Positions 39,085-46,597 of a DNA stretch of 62,175 nucleotides are shown here, piece by piece. This DNA comes from Patescibacteria group bacterium. Lineage in GTDB: Bacteria > Patescibacteriota > Microgenomatia > UBA10105 > UBA927. The notes under the pieces are model-generated. The model saw nothing but the letters and a program-made list of their open reading frames with translations. It was not told the DNA's origin and ran no database searches. The position numbers were made by a program, and so were the translations under genes. How positions within the stretch are numbered: the first letter of the stretch is position 1; the number at the start of each line of letters is the position of its first letter. The stretch lies in contig JAHJMO010000012.1 of the NCBI GenBank assembly GCA_018821245.1, positions 1 through 62,175 of the forward strand, read 5' to 3'.

Positions 39085-40335
39085 TCATTGAGCAGGCTCC
39101 TGAGCTTCAATAAATCTCCCTACCGGCCGGTCCGTCGAAAGAAACTGTGCCGCCGGACAAAAATAATTTTCTTCTGCAAAGCGTACCAGAGCGGCAGGCA
39201 TACCTGTCATTGGAAAAAGCGCCATTCCAAAGGCTAATTGATTAGAGACGCGGGGCAATCGAGCTTCCTGCAATACGGCATAATTGCCCCAGACAATTTT
39301 TCCGGCCGCCCCGCATACTTCCTGCACGTTATCACGGAAATGTTTGTCAGCCCGGATAGCAGCCTGCTGAACTTCCCAGCCGATAGTCTGATTTCCGTTC
39401 CACCCCAATTCACGAAGCCGTACGCTTCGTTTTATGTCGCTTGCGCTCATCAAGACCAAAAGGTCAACCGGCTGCCCCAATTGCCATCTCCGTGTCAGTT
39501 CAGCCAACGTCACATTGACTGATTCTATTTGTTTGTCTTGAAAGATTGTGTAACGGCCATCCTGATGCCGTGTTTGAACCTGTCGGCTGGCAACAACCTG
39601 CTCTCTTTCAGTCTGAACTGTATGCTCCAATAAATCCGGACCGGAAAAAAAATCCGGCCGGAAATCACGCTCCAAACCAAGCATTGTTTCAAATACTGAT
39701 TGGAATAACCGACGGTAATCATCCGCTGCACCAGGAATATCCGCGAGGCCGGCAGGAAACATAACCGGCGGATCAAGCACGCGGCGTTCACTGAGTATGT
39801 GATCCCGGGCAACCATATGCGTCGTTCTAAGTGTTTTTTCTCCCACCGGCATCATGGCGGGTATACGGACAGTTAAGGCGCTGGGCAAATCCGGAACAAC
39901 GACGACATTCGTAATTTTTAACCGAGGCATCGTCCCCAATCGCATCGTTTCAGACAACTGAGCAACCCTATAGCGGTCACCGGAATAGGATGATACGCCG
40001 TACTGAAGTTGCGCCCTTTTTAAATCCGGGTCTAAAGCGCGCTCCTGACTCTGCACAGGAGCAGATTCTCCCTGCGTCCACGCCTCCCATAATTGCGAAG
40101 CTGACTGATCCACCAAATCCCTGTATGCACCCGAACACGTAAGCCAGTTTATTGTGCTAGCGGCAAGCTGTTCACCGCGCTGTCCAGCCAAATTTCTACA
40201 ATAGAGATTACCTTTCCTCCACTCAAAAAATGGCGAAGAAAACAAAAATTCCAACAACTCTCCAGAGCGATCTTCTTTCGGAACAACTGCCGGTCTTTCT
40301 GTTTCTATTCTTGCTGATTGAATTTGCATTCTCAT
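39085..40335 (-). CDS. Orphan operon gene 2 (416 aa)
   Basis: ATG preceded by an AGGAG that lies inside the tail of gene 1. No named motif. Confidence 0.65.
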   Translation of the reverse strand: MRMQIQSARIETERPAVVPKEDRSGELLEFLFSSPFFEWRKGNLYCRNLAGQRGEQLAASTINWLTCSGAYRDLVDQSASQLWEAWTQGESAPVQSQERALDPDLKRAQLQYGVSSYSGDRYRVAQLSETMRLGTMPRLKITNVVVVPDLPSALTVRIPAMMPVGEKTLRTTHMVARDHILSERRVLDPPVMFPAGLADIPGAADDYRRLFQSVFETMLGLERDFRPDFFSGPDLLEHTVQTEREQVVASRQVQTRHQDGRYTIFQDKQIESVNVTLAELTRRWQLGQPVDLLVLMSASDIKRSVRLRELGWNGNQTIGWEVQQAAIRADKHFRDNVQEVCGAAGKIVWGNYAVLQEARLPRVSNQLAFGMALFPMTGMPAALVRFAEENYFCPAAQFLSTDRPVGRFIEAQEPAQ

Positions 40336-40338
40336 ACT

Positions 40339-41208
40339 TTATCTCCTGTTCCGGGTATAACTGGTTCGTTCAACTCTTGTTCTCCGATTTTGCTCCTGCA
40401 ACTTCGCGCCGCGGCTTAACCTATGGCCTGCAACTGCCAACGCCTCCAAACCGCCTCTTGTTAAAACCGCTACACCGACCCCTATACCGATAGGGATTAG
40501 CGCAATTGCGCCGTAATAAATCCAGTCTGCTTCTGTCACTTTATGCTTCGGCCGGGGAGTGCTTTCGGCGGTCTGAACCGTAGCTTGTGCAATTACCGTC
40601 GATTCCGGGGTTAGCGTCGCTTCCGGCGTTGCTGTAACGACAATGACGATAGGCGTCGGCGGTTCTTCCCGGGTTGAAGTTGCCTGTGCTTGTATGGTTG
40701 ATTCCGGCACAACAACGGCCTCTATCTGCAAACCATTGACAGTAATCCCGTTAACGACAACTGTTGAATCCAGCCTGCTCGCCCAGACGTGCACCGCGTC
40801 GTCACGTTCACCACCGGACACACAGGCCCAACCGTCAAATCCGCTATCTCCGCCGATGTAGCCGGGAAGCTGGCGGTTGAAATGCATCCAGATTGCTTGC
40901 TGTAGTGCATCTACTGCCTGCGCGCCGAGCATACCCTGAAGCCACAGAATCATATTGCCTTTTGTATCTGCCAAAATCGGGTCTGTGCCCTCTGCCGCAC
41001 AATCTTTTAGACGGCCTTGATACGGGTCATCGTCGTTGCAGTCGCACATCGGCGGATTGCCGGGCGGCGGAGAATCTGCATCTCTTACGCCAAATCGTTC
41101 GTATTGCGACGCCGGAATCTTCCAGACTTCTGCCGGCTGAGAGCGCGCGGCAAGATCACGGGCAATACCCGGATCGAATATTGGTTGACTGTTCATTTCT
41201 ATTAACAT
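40339..41208 (-). CDS. Orphan operon gene 1 (289 aa), single-pass membrane protein
   Basis: Cys-containing N-terminal domain, Thr/Pro-rich linker, a TM segment (WIYYGAIALIPIGIGVGVAVL) and a basic tail. Confidence 0.6.
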   Translation of the reverse strand: MLIEMNSQPIFDPGIARDLAARSQPAEVWKIPASQYERFGVRDADSPPPGNPPMCDCNDDDPYQGRLKDCAAEGTDPILADTKGNMILWLQGMLGAQAVDALQQAIWMHFNRQLPGYIGGDSGFDGWACVSGGERDDAVHVWASRLDSTVVVNGITVNGLQIEAVVVPESTIQAQATSTREEPPTPIVIVVTATPEATLTPESTVIAQATVQTAESTPRPKHKVTEADWIYYGAIALIPIGIGVGVAVLTRGGLEALAVAGHRLSRGAKLQEQNRRTRVERTSYTRNRR

Positions 41209-41239
41209 GATTCTGACGCGATAAACCTAAAGTTTCGAC

Positions 41240-41268
41240 ATTATAGGTTAAATTTACGCATCTGTCAA
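41240..41268 (-). promoter_or_regulatory. Consensus sigma70-type promoter TTGACA-17-TATAAT
   Basis: The minus strand has TTGACA (41268-41263), a 17-nt spacer and TATAAT (41245-41240), 31 nt upstream of the ATG at 41208. Confidence 0.7.
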
Positions 41269-41324
41269 TTTATATCGCGTGCTAATATTCTTTTTTTCTA
41301 TTTTTTGATAAATAAATTCTGACC

Positions 41325-41552
41325 TTAGCGTTTAGCTAACTCCTCTATCACCCACAGCGCTAACCCGCCACCGCCACAAGTTAATGTCGCAATACCATAA
41401 ACGATCAACATCGCGCGGTTTGGTGTAACGCCCATTTTGTCCCCTACCGTATCCCATAGAATTCCTTCATGAACATCAGCATTTAATATTGGTCCTATTT
41501 TTGGAATTCCTTCTGTAACCCTACTTAATTTTTCCGATGGACTACCTGCCAT
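41325..41552 (-). CDS. Small C-terminally anchored membrane protein (75 aa)
   Basis: AGGAGG lies 8 nt before the ATG at 41552. Has a C-terminal TM segment (LIVYGIATLTCGGGGLALWVI). Confidence 0.45.
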   Translation of the reverse strand: MAGSPSEKLSRVTEGIPKIGPILNADVHEGILWDTVGDKMGVTPNRAMLIVYGIATLTCGGGGLALWVIEELAKR

Positions 41553-41737
41553 AAATCTCACCTCCTAACAAAAAATACTAAATTTCTATATATATTTAAA
41601 TTCTAAATTTACAGTTATCGATTAACAATCTGATTGTTATTTAATGATTAACTGATCACCGTCAATTGACGAATTGCGCAAACTGCTCTAGTTTTTCAAA
41701 GTGCAATTCTTTCTTATTTTTTAACCTACAACCTACA

Positions 41738-41797
41738 ACTTACCACTTACAACCAATAATTATTCTTTTTTTTGTTTTTGTTTTTTTAACTAACAAC
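41738..41797. repeat. 60-bp direct repeat, copy 1 (identical to 42541-42600)
   Basis: acttaccacttacaaccaataattattcttttttttgtttttgtttttttaactaacaac. Confidence 0.9.
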
Positions 41798-41807
41798 TTA
41801 CCACTTA

Positions 41808-41837
41808 TCCCGCAAAGCGGGATCCCGCTTTGCGGGA
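41808..41837. repeat. 30-bp perfect palindrome (double hairpin)
   Basis: tcccgcaaagcggga tcccgctttgcggga. Flanked by cttacaac-type words. Confidence 0.9.
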
Positions 41838-41866
41838 CAACTTACAACTTACAACTCTTTTCTCCC

Positions 41867-41895
41867 TTGACAACCATCTATACATTGTCTATACT
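41867..41895 (+). promoter_or_regulatory. Promoter TTGACA-17-TATACT for the RelB-like gene (leaderless geometry)
   Basis: -35 at 41867-41872 and -10 at 41890-41895. The ATG at 41904 is only 8 nt after the -10. Confidence 0.65.
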
Positions 41896-41903
41896 TTATA
41901 TAT

Positions 41904-42182
41904 ATGACTACTTCACTTATTACCGTCCGCACCGATACCAAGCTCAAAGAAAAAGCGATGAATATTGCAAATTCTCTCGGCTTTTCTCTAAGCTCGCTGG
42001 TCAACGCTTATCTTCGTCATTTCGTCAAAACCAAAACCGTGCATTTTGAGGAATCCTACGAACCAACCCCGTACCTTAAGCGTTTAATAGCGCAGGCGCG
42101 AAAAGAACACGAGGAAGGTAAGTCTATTTCGTTCTCCAACCCGCAAGATGCTATCAGCTTTTTGGATACTGTGATAAAATAA
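41904..42182 (+). CDS. RelB/DinJ-family antitoxin
   Basis: N-terminal ribbon-helix-helix pattern ITVRTDTKLKEKAMNIANSLGFSLSSLVNAYL. Confidence 0.8.
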   Translation: MTTSLITVRTDTKLKEKAMNIANSLGFSLSSLVNAYLRHFVKTKTVHFEESYEPTPYLKRLIAQARKEHEEGKSISFSNPQDAISFLDTVIK

Positions 42183-42188
42183 AAAATA

Positions 42189-42458
42189 ATGCGGATTGAT
42201 TATTCACGGCCTTTTCTTAAACAGCTTAGGAAAACTCCTGTTGAGGTACGAAAGGTTTTTCAATCCCGGCTCGATCTCTTTGTTTCTAATCCACATCACC
42301 CTCTTCTTAGAAATCATAAGCTTACCGGCAAGTACCAAGGTTGCCGGAGCATCAACATCACCGGCGACTGGCGTGCCATCTATGAAGAACGTGACGAACT
42401 GTTCGAGCCATATATCCTGTTTCTTACCCTCGGCACCCACAACCAGCTCTACCGATAA
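42189..42458 (+). CDS. RelE/YafQ (ParE/RelE superfamily) toxin
   Basis: 89 aa; ...HKLTGKYQGCRSINITGDWRAIYEE...LTLGTHNQLY. Lies 6 nt after the antitoxin. Confidence 0.8.
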   Translation: MRIDYSRPFLKQLRKTPVEVRKVFQSRLDLFVSNPHHPLLRNHKLTGKYQGCRSINITGDWRAIYEERDELFEPYILFLTLGTHNQLYR

Positions 42459-42510
42459 ATGCATATATAATTTTTTAACGTGCAATTTAATTTCTTTGTT
42501 TTCCAACTTA

Positions 42511-42538
42511 TCCTGCAAAGCGGGATCCCGCTGCGGGA
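42511..42538. repeat. Degenerate copy of the double-hairpin palindrome
   Basis: tcctgcaaagcgggatcccgctgcggga. Confidence 0.8.
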
Positions 42539-42540
42539 CA

Positions 42541-42600
42541 ACTTACCACTTACAACCAATAATTATTCTTTTTTTTGTTTTTGTTTTTTTAACTAACAAC
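42541..42600. repeat. 60-bp direct repeat, copy 2
   Basis: Identical to 41738-41797. Confidence 0.9.
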
Positions 42601-42859
42601 CTACAACTTACAACTATTCTCCCGCTCCTTTCCGCCAACAATCCGCCTTTGTGTCATCCCCGACTTGATCGGGAATCCACGTTTTCTTCCGAACGTATTC
42701 TTGGTAAAAAAGAGCTTCTTTATGAGTACATTGTTGTTTTTTGGCAAGATGCCAAAATTGCAAACAACAAGGTATCCACCCTCATAAAGAATTTCTCCAG
42801 TAATGATTACAAGGTTGTCCGCCTTGGGCAGACATCGCCTTGCTGCGATGAATGAGTGT

Positions 42860-44383
42860 TTATGCGACAGCGACACATGCGAGGCGGAGAATAACCACCA
42901 AGATGGTCCCCAACGCAACGCCGTCCCAGGCAGTATATTCGAAAACCCTCTGAACAACTTGAGATAGAGGATTCTCGCCTGTGGCTCTAGTCGCAAGCCT
43001 CTCGCCTGTGCGACGCAGGATCATTGCAGTCAGGATAGATGCTGCAACTGCAACGATTAGGGACAGAGCAGGTTGGAGCTTAATACTCGCCAAATAGAAA
43101 GCCACGACAACAATGACTGCTGAAATTATGGCTTCCCACCGGAGATCGCCATCCACCGGAGCAACGATATCAATGATGTAGTTGACAATGGCAACCACCA
43201 GTATGGTGTAAATAAGCAGGGTGAATTTAATCAGCTCGCCCTGCTTGGCGAGGATCGCTGCAGACAAATCCTGAATCGCATACAGCGGTTGGGAGGGTAC
43301 GTTGAAGGCCACCTGCATAGCCCCCATATTACCAAAAATGGCCGCTCCCAATGCTAGCAGTCCGAAGTATACCCCCAAACTGCTCGTGTCGCGATTTCCC
43401 GTCAGAGCCTTGACCGTGACGACGGCGATGATGACAAAGCTCACTAGGATGGCCACGCCGCGCTGATCCATTCCAAATAACGTGATGTTGAAGGCCATTA
43501 TGGGGGCCCACATCACCAAGTAATTGGCAGTCGCTCCAACGATCGCAAACACCGCATCGCCTATCTGCAACCGCTCCTTTCCGTCGAGATATCCAAGTAA
43601 TGGAATACTCAAGGCAGCTAGAACGAGCAGAATTTGGGTTGGACCATACCAATCCGCGCTCTTAAGGTCTACCGTTTCAGCCTCGGTGACTATAAATTTG
43701 GGCGGTTCCGCGGCTTCTGGCTGTTCGGCGGATGGAGACTCGGCCTGCGGCTGGACTGGCGACTCGGAAGTCGGACCTCCAACGATCGACTCCCATGCGA
43801 ATAACCCACCGGCCAGCAGGACAGTGACCACAGACGCTCCGACGATCACCCATGTCTGCCAGCGGAATTTCCCGCGGCGACGAGGTGATGTTGAAACGGG
43901 CCGGGCGGTGGAACGACGTGAGGGCTCAGGTCCTAGGCGAGTGTAGCGCGGTGCGGGACGCCAAGTGCCGGGCCGAGCAGCGGTGTGCGTATCGGGCTTG
44001 ACGGGCACGGCGGATGCCCTTCGTCCATCATCGGGGGGCGGGGGGGCTTCGGGCTCGCTGGGTGAAAACCTGCTGGCGCGCCGCTGACGAAGCTCGTCGG
44101 CCATGCTGGGGCGATTCGTCACGGTGACGGGCGTCGCTGACTCGGCGGCGGGTTGCGCACGGTGAGTCGGCGTTCCAAGGTTGTTCAAAATATCGTCAAC
44201 CTTTTTACCCCTGTTATGCAACACGAGAGCCATTCTCGCCAAAATGATTTGATGCTGGCGATCTCTCGTGCCCGCCAATTCCAAGATTTTTTTAGAGACT
44301 TCCAGCGCCCTCTCGTCAAAAGCCTCCTCTAGTTGATCGAGGAAGGCCTGGGGCGCCTGCCATCCATTAATTTGGATAGTCAT
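42860..44383 (-). CDS. Hypothetical polytopic membrane protein (507 aa)
   Basis: AGGAGG SD. Soluble N domain, very GC-rich Pro/Arg-rich linker, then about 8 TM segments. Confidence 0.6.
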   Translation of the reverse strand: MTIQINGWQAPQAFLDQLEEAFDERALEVSKKILELAGTRDRQHQIILARMALVLHNRGKKVDDILNNLGTPTHRAQPAAESATPVTVTNRPSMADELRQRRASRFSPSEPEAPPPPDDGRRASAVPVKPDTHTAARPGTWRPAPRYTRLGPEPSRRSTARPVSTSPRRRGKFRWQTWVIVGASVVTVLLAGGLFAWESIVGGPTSESPVQPQAESPSAEQPEAAEPPKFIVTEAETVDLKSADWYGPTQILLVLAALSIPLLGYLDGKERLQIGDAVFAIVGATANYLVMWAPIMAFNITLFGMDQRGVAILVSFVIIAVVTVKALTGNRDTSSLGVYFGLLALGAAIFGNMGAMQVAFNVPSQPLYAIQDLSAAILAKQGELIKFTLLIYTILVVAIVNYIIDIVAPVDGDLRWEAIISAVIVVVAFYLASIKLQPALSLIVAVAASILTAMILRRTGERLATRATGENPLSQVVQRVFEYTAWDGVALGTILVVILRLACVAVA

Positions 44384-44387
44384 TTCT

Positions 44388-44642
44388 TTACTCCTCCTGT
44401 TCTACCCACGGAACAGGTTCTGAACTAGAAACCCGGATTATGGGCATGCTTTGTTGGGCTGCGATCACATCGATGAGCTTCAATGAAACTTCGATGGGCT
44501 GTGATAGGGGCTGCAATGATCTTCTTTGAATCCGGGCAGCAATTTGATTTGGCAAGGAAGTTCGCCTTCTCCCTTTTTTGACAGCCTCGCAGGCGGTGGA
44601 TGTCCGCTTGGCTGGAATTTTATCGTTTTTGATGGAGCTCAA
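44388..44642 (-). CDS. Small basic hypothetical protein (84 aa)
   Basis: TTG start. Its stop is 4 nt before the next ATG. Weak evidence. Confidence 0.35.
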   Translation of the reverse strand: MSSIKNDKIPAKRTSTACEAVKKGRRRTSLPNQIAARIQRRSLQPLSQPIEVSLKLIDVIAAQQSMPIIRVSSSEPVPWVEQEE

Positions 44643-44697
44643 ATAACCAACATAATCTTGCTTCTTAAATACATGCTATACTACAATATCAATAGAC

Positions 44698-44991
44698 ATG
44701 AGCATTCAAACCATTATCACCTCACTTACACCGTATCATCCGCAAAAGATCATCCTTTTTGGTTCGCGCGTGCGCGGCGCCGCCGACTCTTCAAGCGATT
44801 ATGATATAGCAATTATTAAAGATACCGATGAACCTTATCATGATCGCGTAATTGCGGCGCGCAGACTCATACGCTCAACCACGCCGATTGACCTTTTTGT
44901 GTTTACAAGCAAAGAACTGAAAGAAAAAAAACTTACCAATCCGTTGGTTGCCGAGATCGTTTCATCCGGAAAGGTTGTCTATGAATCGTAA
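44698..44991 (+). CDS. Nucleotidyltransferase-domain protein (MNT-type antitoxin)
   Basis: ILFGSRVRGAADSSSDYDIAI (GS-x9-12-D-x-D). Confidence 0.8.
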   Translation: MSIQTIITSLTPYHPQKIILFGSRVRGAADSSSDYDIAIIKDTDEPYHDRVIAARRLIRSTTPIDLFVFTSKELKEKKLTNPLVAEIVSSGKVVYES

Positions 44992-45367
44992 AGTAATTGC
45001 CGCAAATTGGCTTGCGAAAGCCGCTGACGATCTTCGCTGGTGCCAAGCAAGCATCAGCGGAAATGTCTGGCACGGCGCTTGTTTTTCGGCACAGCAAGCG
45101 GCTGAAAAAGCACTCAAAGCGTTTCTTTATTCTCAGGGCAAACAACTACATAAAATCCATGATCTTTCAGCACTGCTAGAACAGTGCCGCACGATTGACA
45201 CATCGTTTGAAACTATCAGAGAACGCATACTGCCGCTTATCGATTACTACTTACAAACTCGCTACCCTGATATGGGTGATTTTATTGACTATACTAAGGA
45301 AAAAGCGCAACGCGCGCATGACGATGCTCGGATGATTGTCAACTTTGTTTCTTCACGGATCAAATAA
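44981..45367 (+). CDS. HEPN-domain protein (toxin partner of MNT)
   Basis: The ATG at 44981 overlaps the MNT stop. Contains AEKALKAFL, KIHDL and YLQTRYPD. Confidence 0.8.
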   Translation: MNRKVIAANWLAKAADDLRWCQASISGNVWHGACFSAQQAAEKALKAFLYSQGKQLHKIHDLSALLEQCRTIDTSFETIRERILPLIDYYLQTRYPDMGDFIDYTKEKAQRAHDDARMIVNFVSSRIK

Positions 45368-45507
45368 TTCTTTTCTGTTAGCTCTTTGAGCTCCATCAAT
45401 ATAACTTACAACTTACAACCTGTACTTCCAGTTTTTTTTCATCATACTAGAGTATTTTAAAGAGCTATAATTGCAGGCGTTGTGAAATTAGCGCTTTTGC
45501 CAACTTA

Positions 45508-45537
45508 TCCCGCAAAGCGGGATCTGGCTCTGCCAGA
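45508..45537. repeat. Variant double-hairpin element
   Basis: tcccgcaaagcggga tctggctctgccaga, preceded by ccaacttat and followed by caacctacaac. The word aacttacaacttacaacc lies at 45403-45420. Confidence 0.8.
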
Positions 45538-45650
45538 CAACCTACAACTATTTCGGCATGTGGAATGCCCGTTTTCCGGTGTCTATAAAAACACCAGAAG
45601 CTTACGCTTAAATAAAGTTAAACGCAAACTTCCGGCGCAGGCTTTTTTAT

Positions 45651-46580
45651 TTATTCCGTCCACCATTTGCCTCCTCTTTTGGAAGCATTGCCTATTGCCT
45701 CTCTAACCTGCATGCCGTATATGTCATCCGAATCAATATGTCCGTGAAGAACTTGGCTTTTAACACCATAAAATGTACTCCGACCACGTTTGCCTTCAAC
45801 TATAACCGTCTGGAAACTCTGCTCCGGCATCTGTACGATCACCGGCGGCTCGCGCTGAAATTCAGCATGCACAGTACTTGGTCCTCTTTCAAAAGACACC
45901 TCTTCTCCTTCTCTGCTCCGAGCGCCCCACCGGAATCCTCCATCATGTTGGGTAATTTTCCCGCTGGTAATCGTCGGATCTAAATACATCGCGTTCAAAG
46001 CCTGAAAAAGCGCCGCCAGCTGCGACCTCTGTTCGGCCACAACCAGAAGCGACTGGGCAAAGCCAGCCCGCAGCGCGAGATGCGCCTCGTCATCCGGCAT
46101 GCCGAGATACTGCATTATTTCCAAAATCTTCCTTCTATCGAAATGGGTATCCTCATACGCAAACGGCATAAGCCCGTCCTGCGTCCGGTGGTTTAAGCGC
46201 ATAAGCATAATGTATAATTGTTTATCTTCGGGACTTATATGCGGCTGAATAGCCAACCGGTCGCGGCCAACCGGAATTGCCGGGGCAATCGGCATGAGGG
46301 TTTCAACTTCCGGCGGCAGTACCTCTGAGTCAGTAACAATCGGCGCCCCCGCGACCATATCACCATCCGGCTGATCGACGTTGACCAGACTTCGTGGCGG
46401 AACAAGAATTTGGGGGTTCGCTGTAGGATTTTGAACAAATCTGTCCGGATCGATATTCTTCAAATGATCAATCGGCGCAAGAATCCGCCGAACGAAATCG
46501 GCAATCTCTCTATCTGACGGCGGCCCTTCTTTAAATACCATAATGTATGATAAACTGGGCAGATGGCTTAATATGGGCAA
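45651..46580 (-). CDS. Hypothetical protein (309 aa; start TTG 46580 or ATG 46541)
   Basis: Long ORF 17 nt downstream of the 760-aa gene. No named motif. Confidence 0.5.
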   Translation of the reverse strand: MPILSHLPSLSYIMVFKEGPPSDREIADFVRRILAPIDHLKNIDPDRFVQNPTANPQILVPPRSLVNVDQPDGDMVAGAPIVTDSEVLPPEVETLMPIAPAIPVGRDRLAIQPHISPEDKQLYIMLMRLNHRTQDGLMPFAYEDTHFDRRKILEIMQYLGMPDDEAHLALRAGFAQSLLVVAEQRSQLAALFQALNAMYLDPTITSGKITQHDGGFRWGARSREGEEVSFERGPSTVHAEFQREPPVIVQMPEQSFQTVIVEGKRGRSTFYGVKSQVLHGHIDSDDIYGMQVREAIGNASKRGGKWWTE

Positions 46581-46597
46581 GGAACGCTATTATACTC

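Noticed and set aside
41700-42640. Possible CRISPR array, suggested by the many short repeats (cttacaac words, palindromes)
   Set aside because: There is no regular repeat-spacer periodicity. The repeats are 7-9-nt words in tandem plus two copies of a 60-bp block. No cas genes are present; the Cas2-like similarity of the PaaX-like genes is fold-level only.
42601-42996. 131-aa minus-strand ORF overlapping the 3' end of the 507-aa gene and the repeat region
   Set aside because: Its upstream half is an alternative frame of the 507-aa gene, and its downstream half runs through repeat elements (..GFPIKSGMTQ.. comes from the gggaatcc hairpin). The stretch ADNLVIITGEILYEGGYLVVCNFGILPKNNNVLIKKLFF might be a gene remnant, but it has no start codon of its own.
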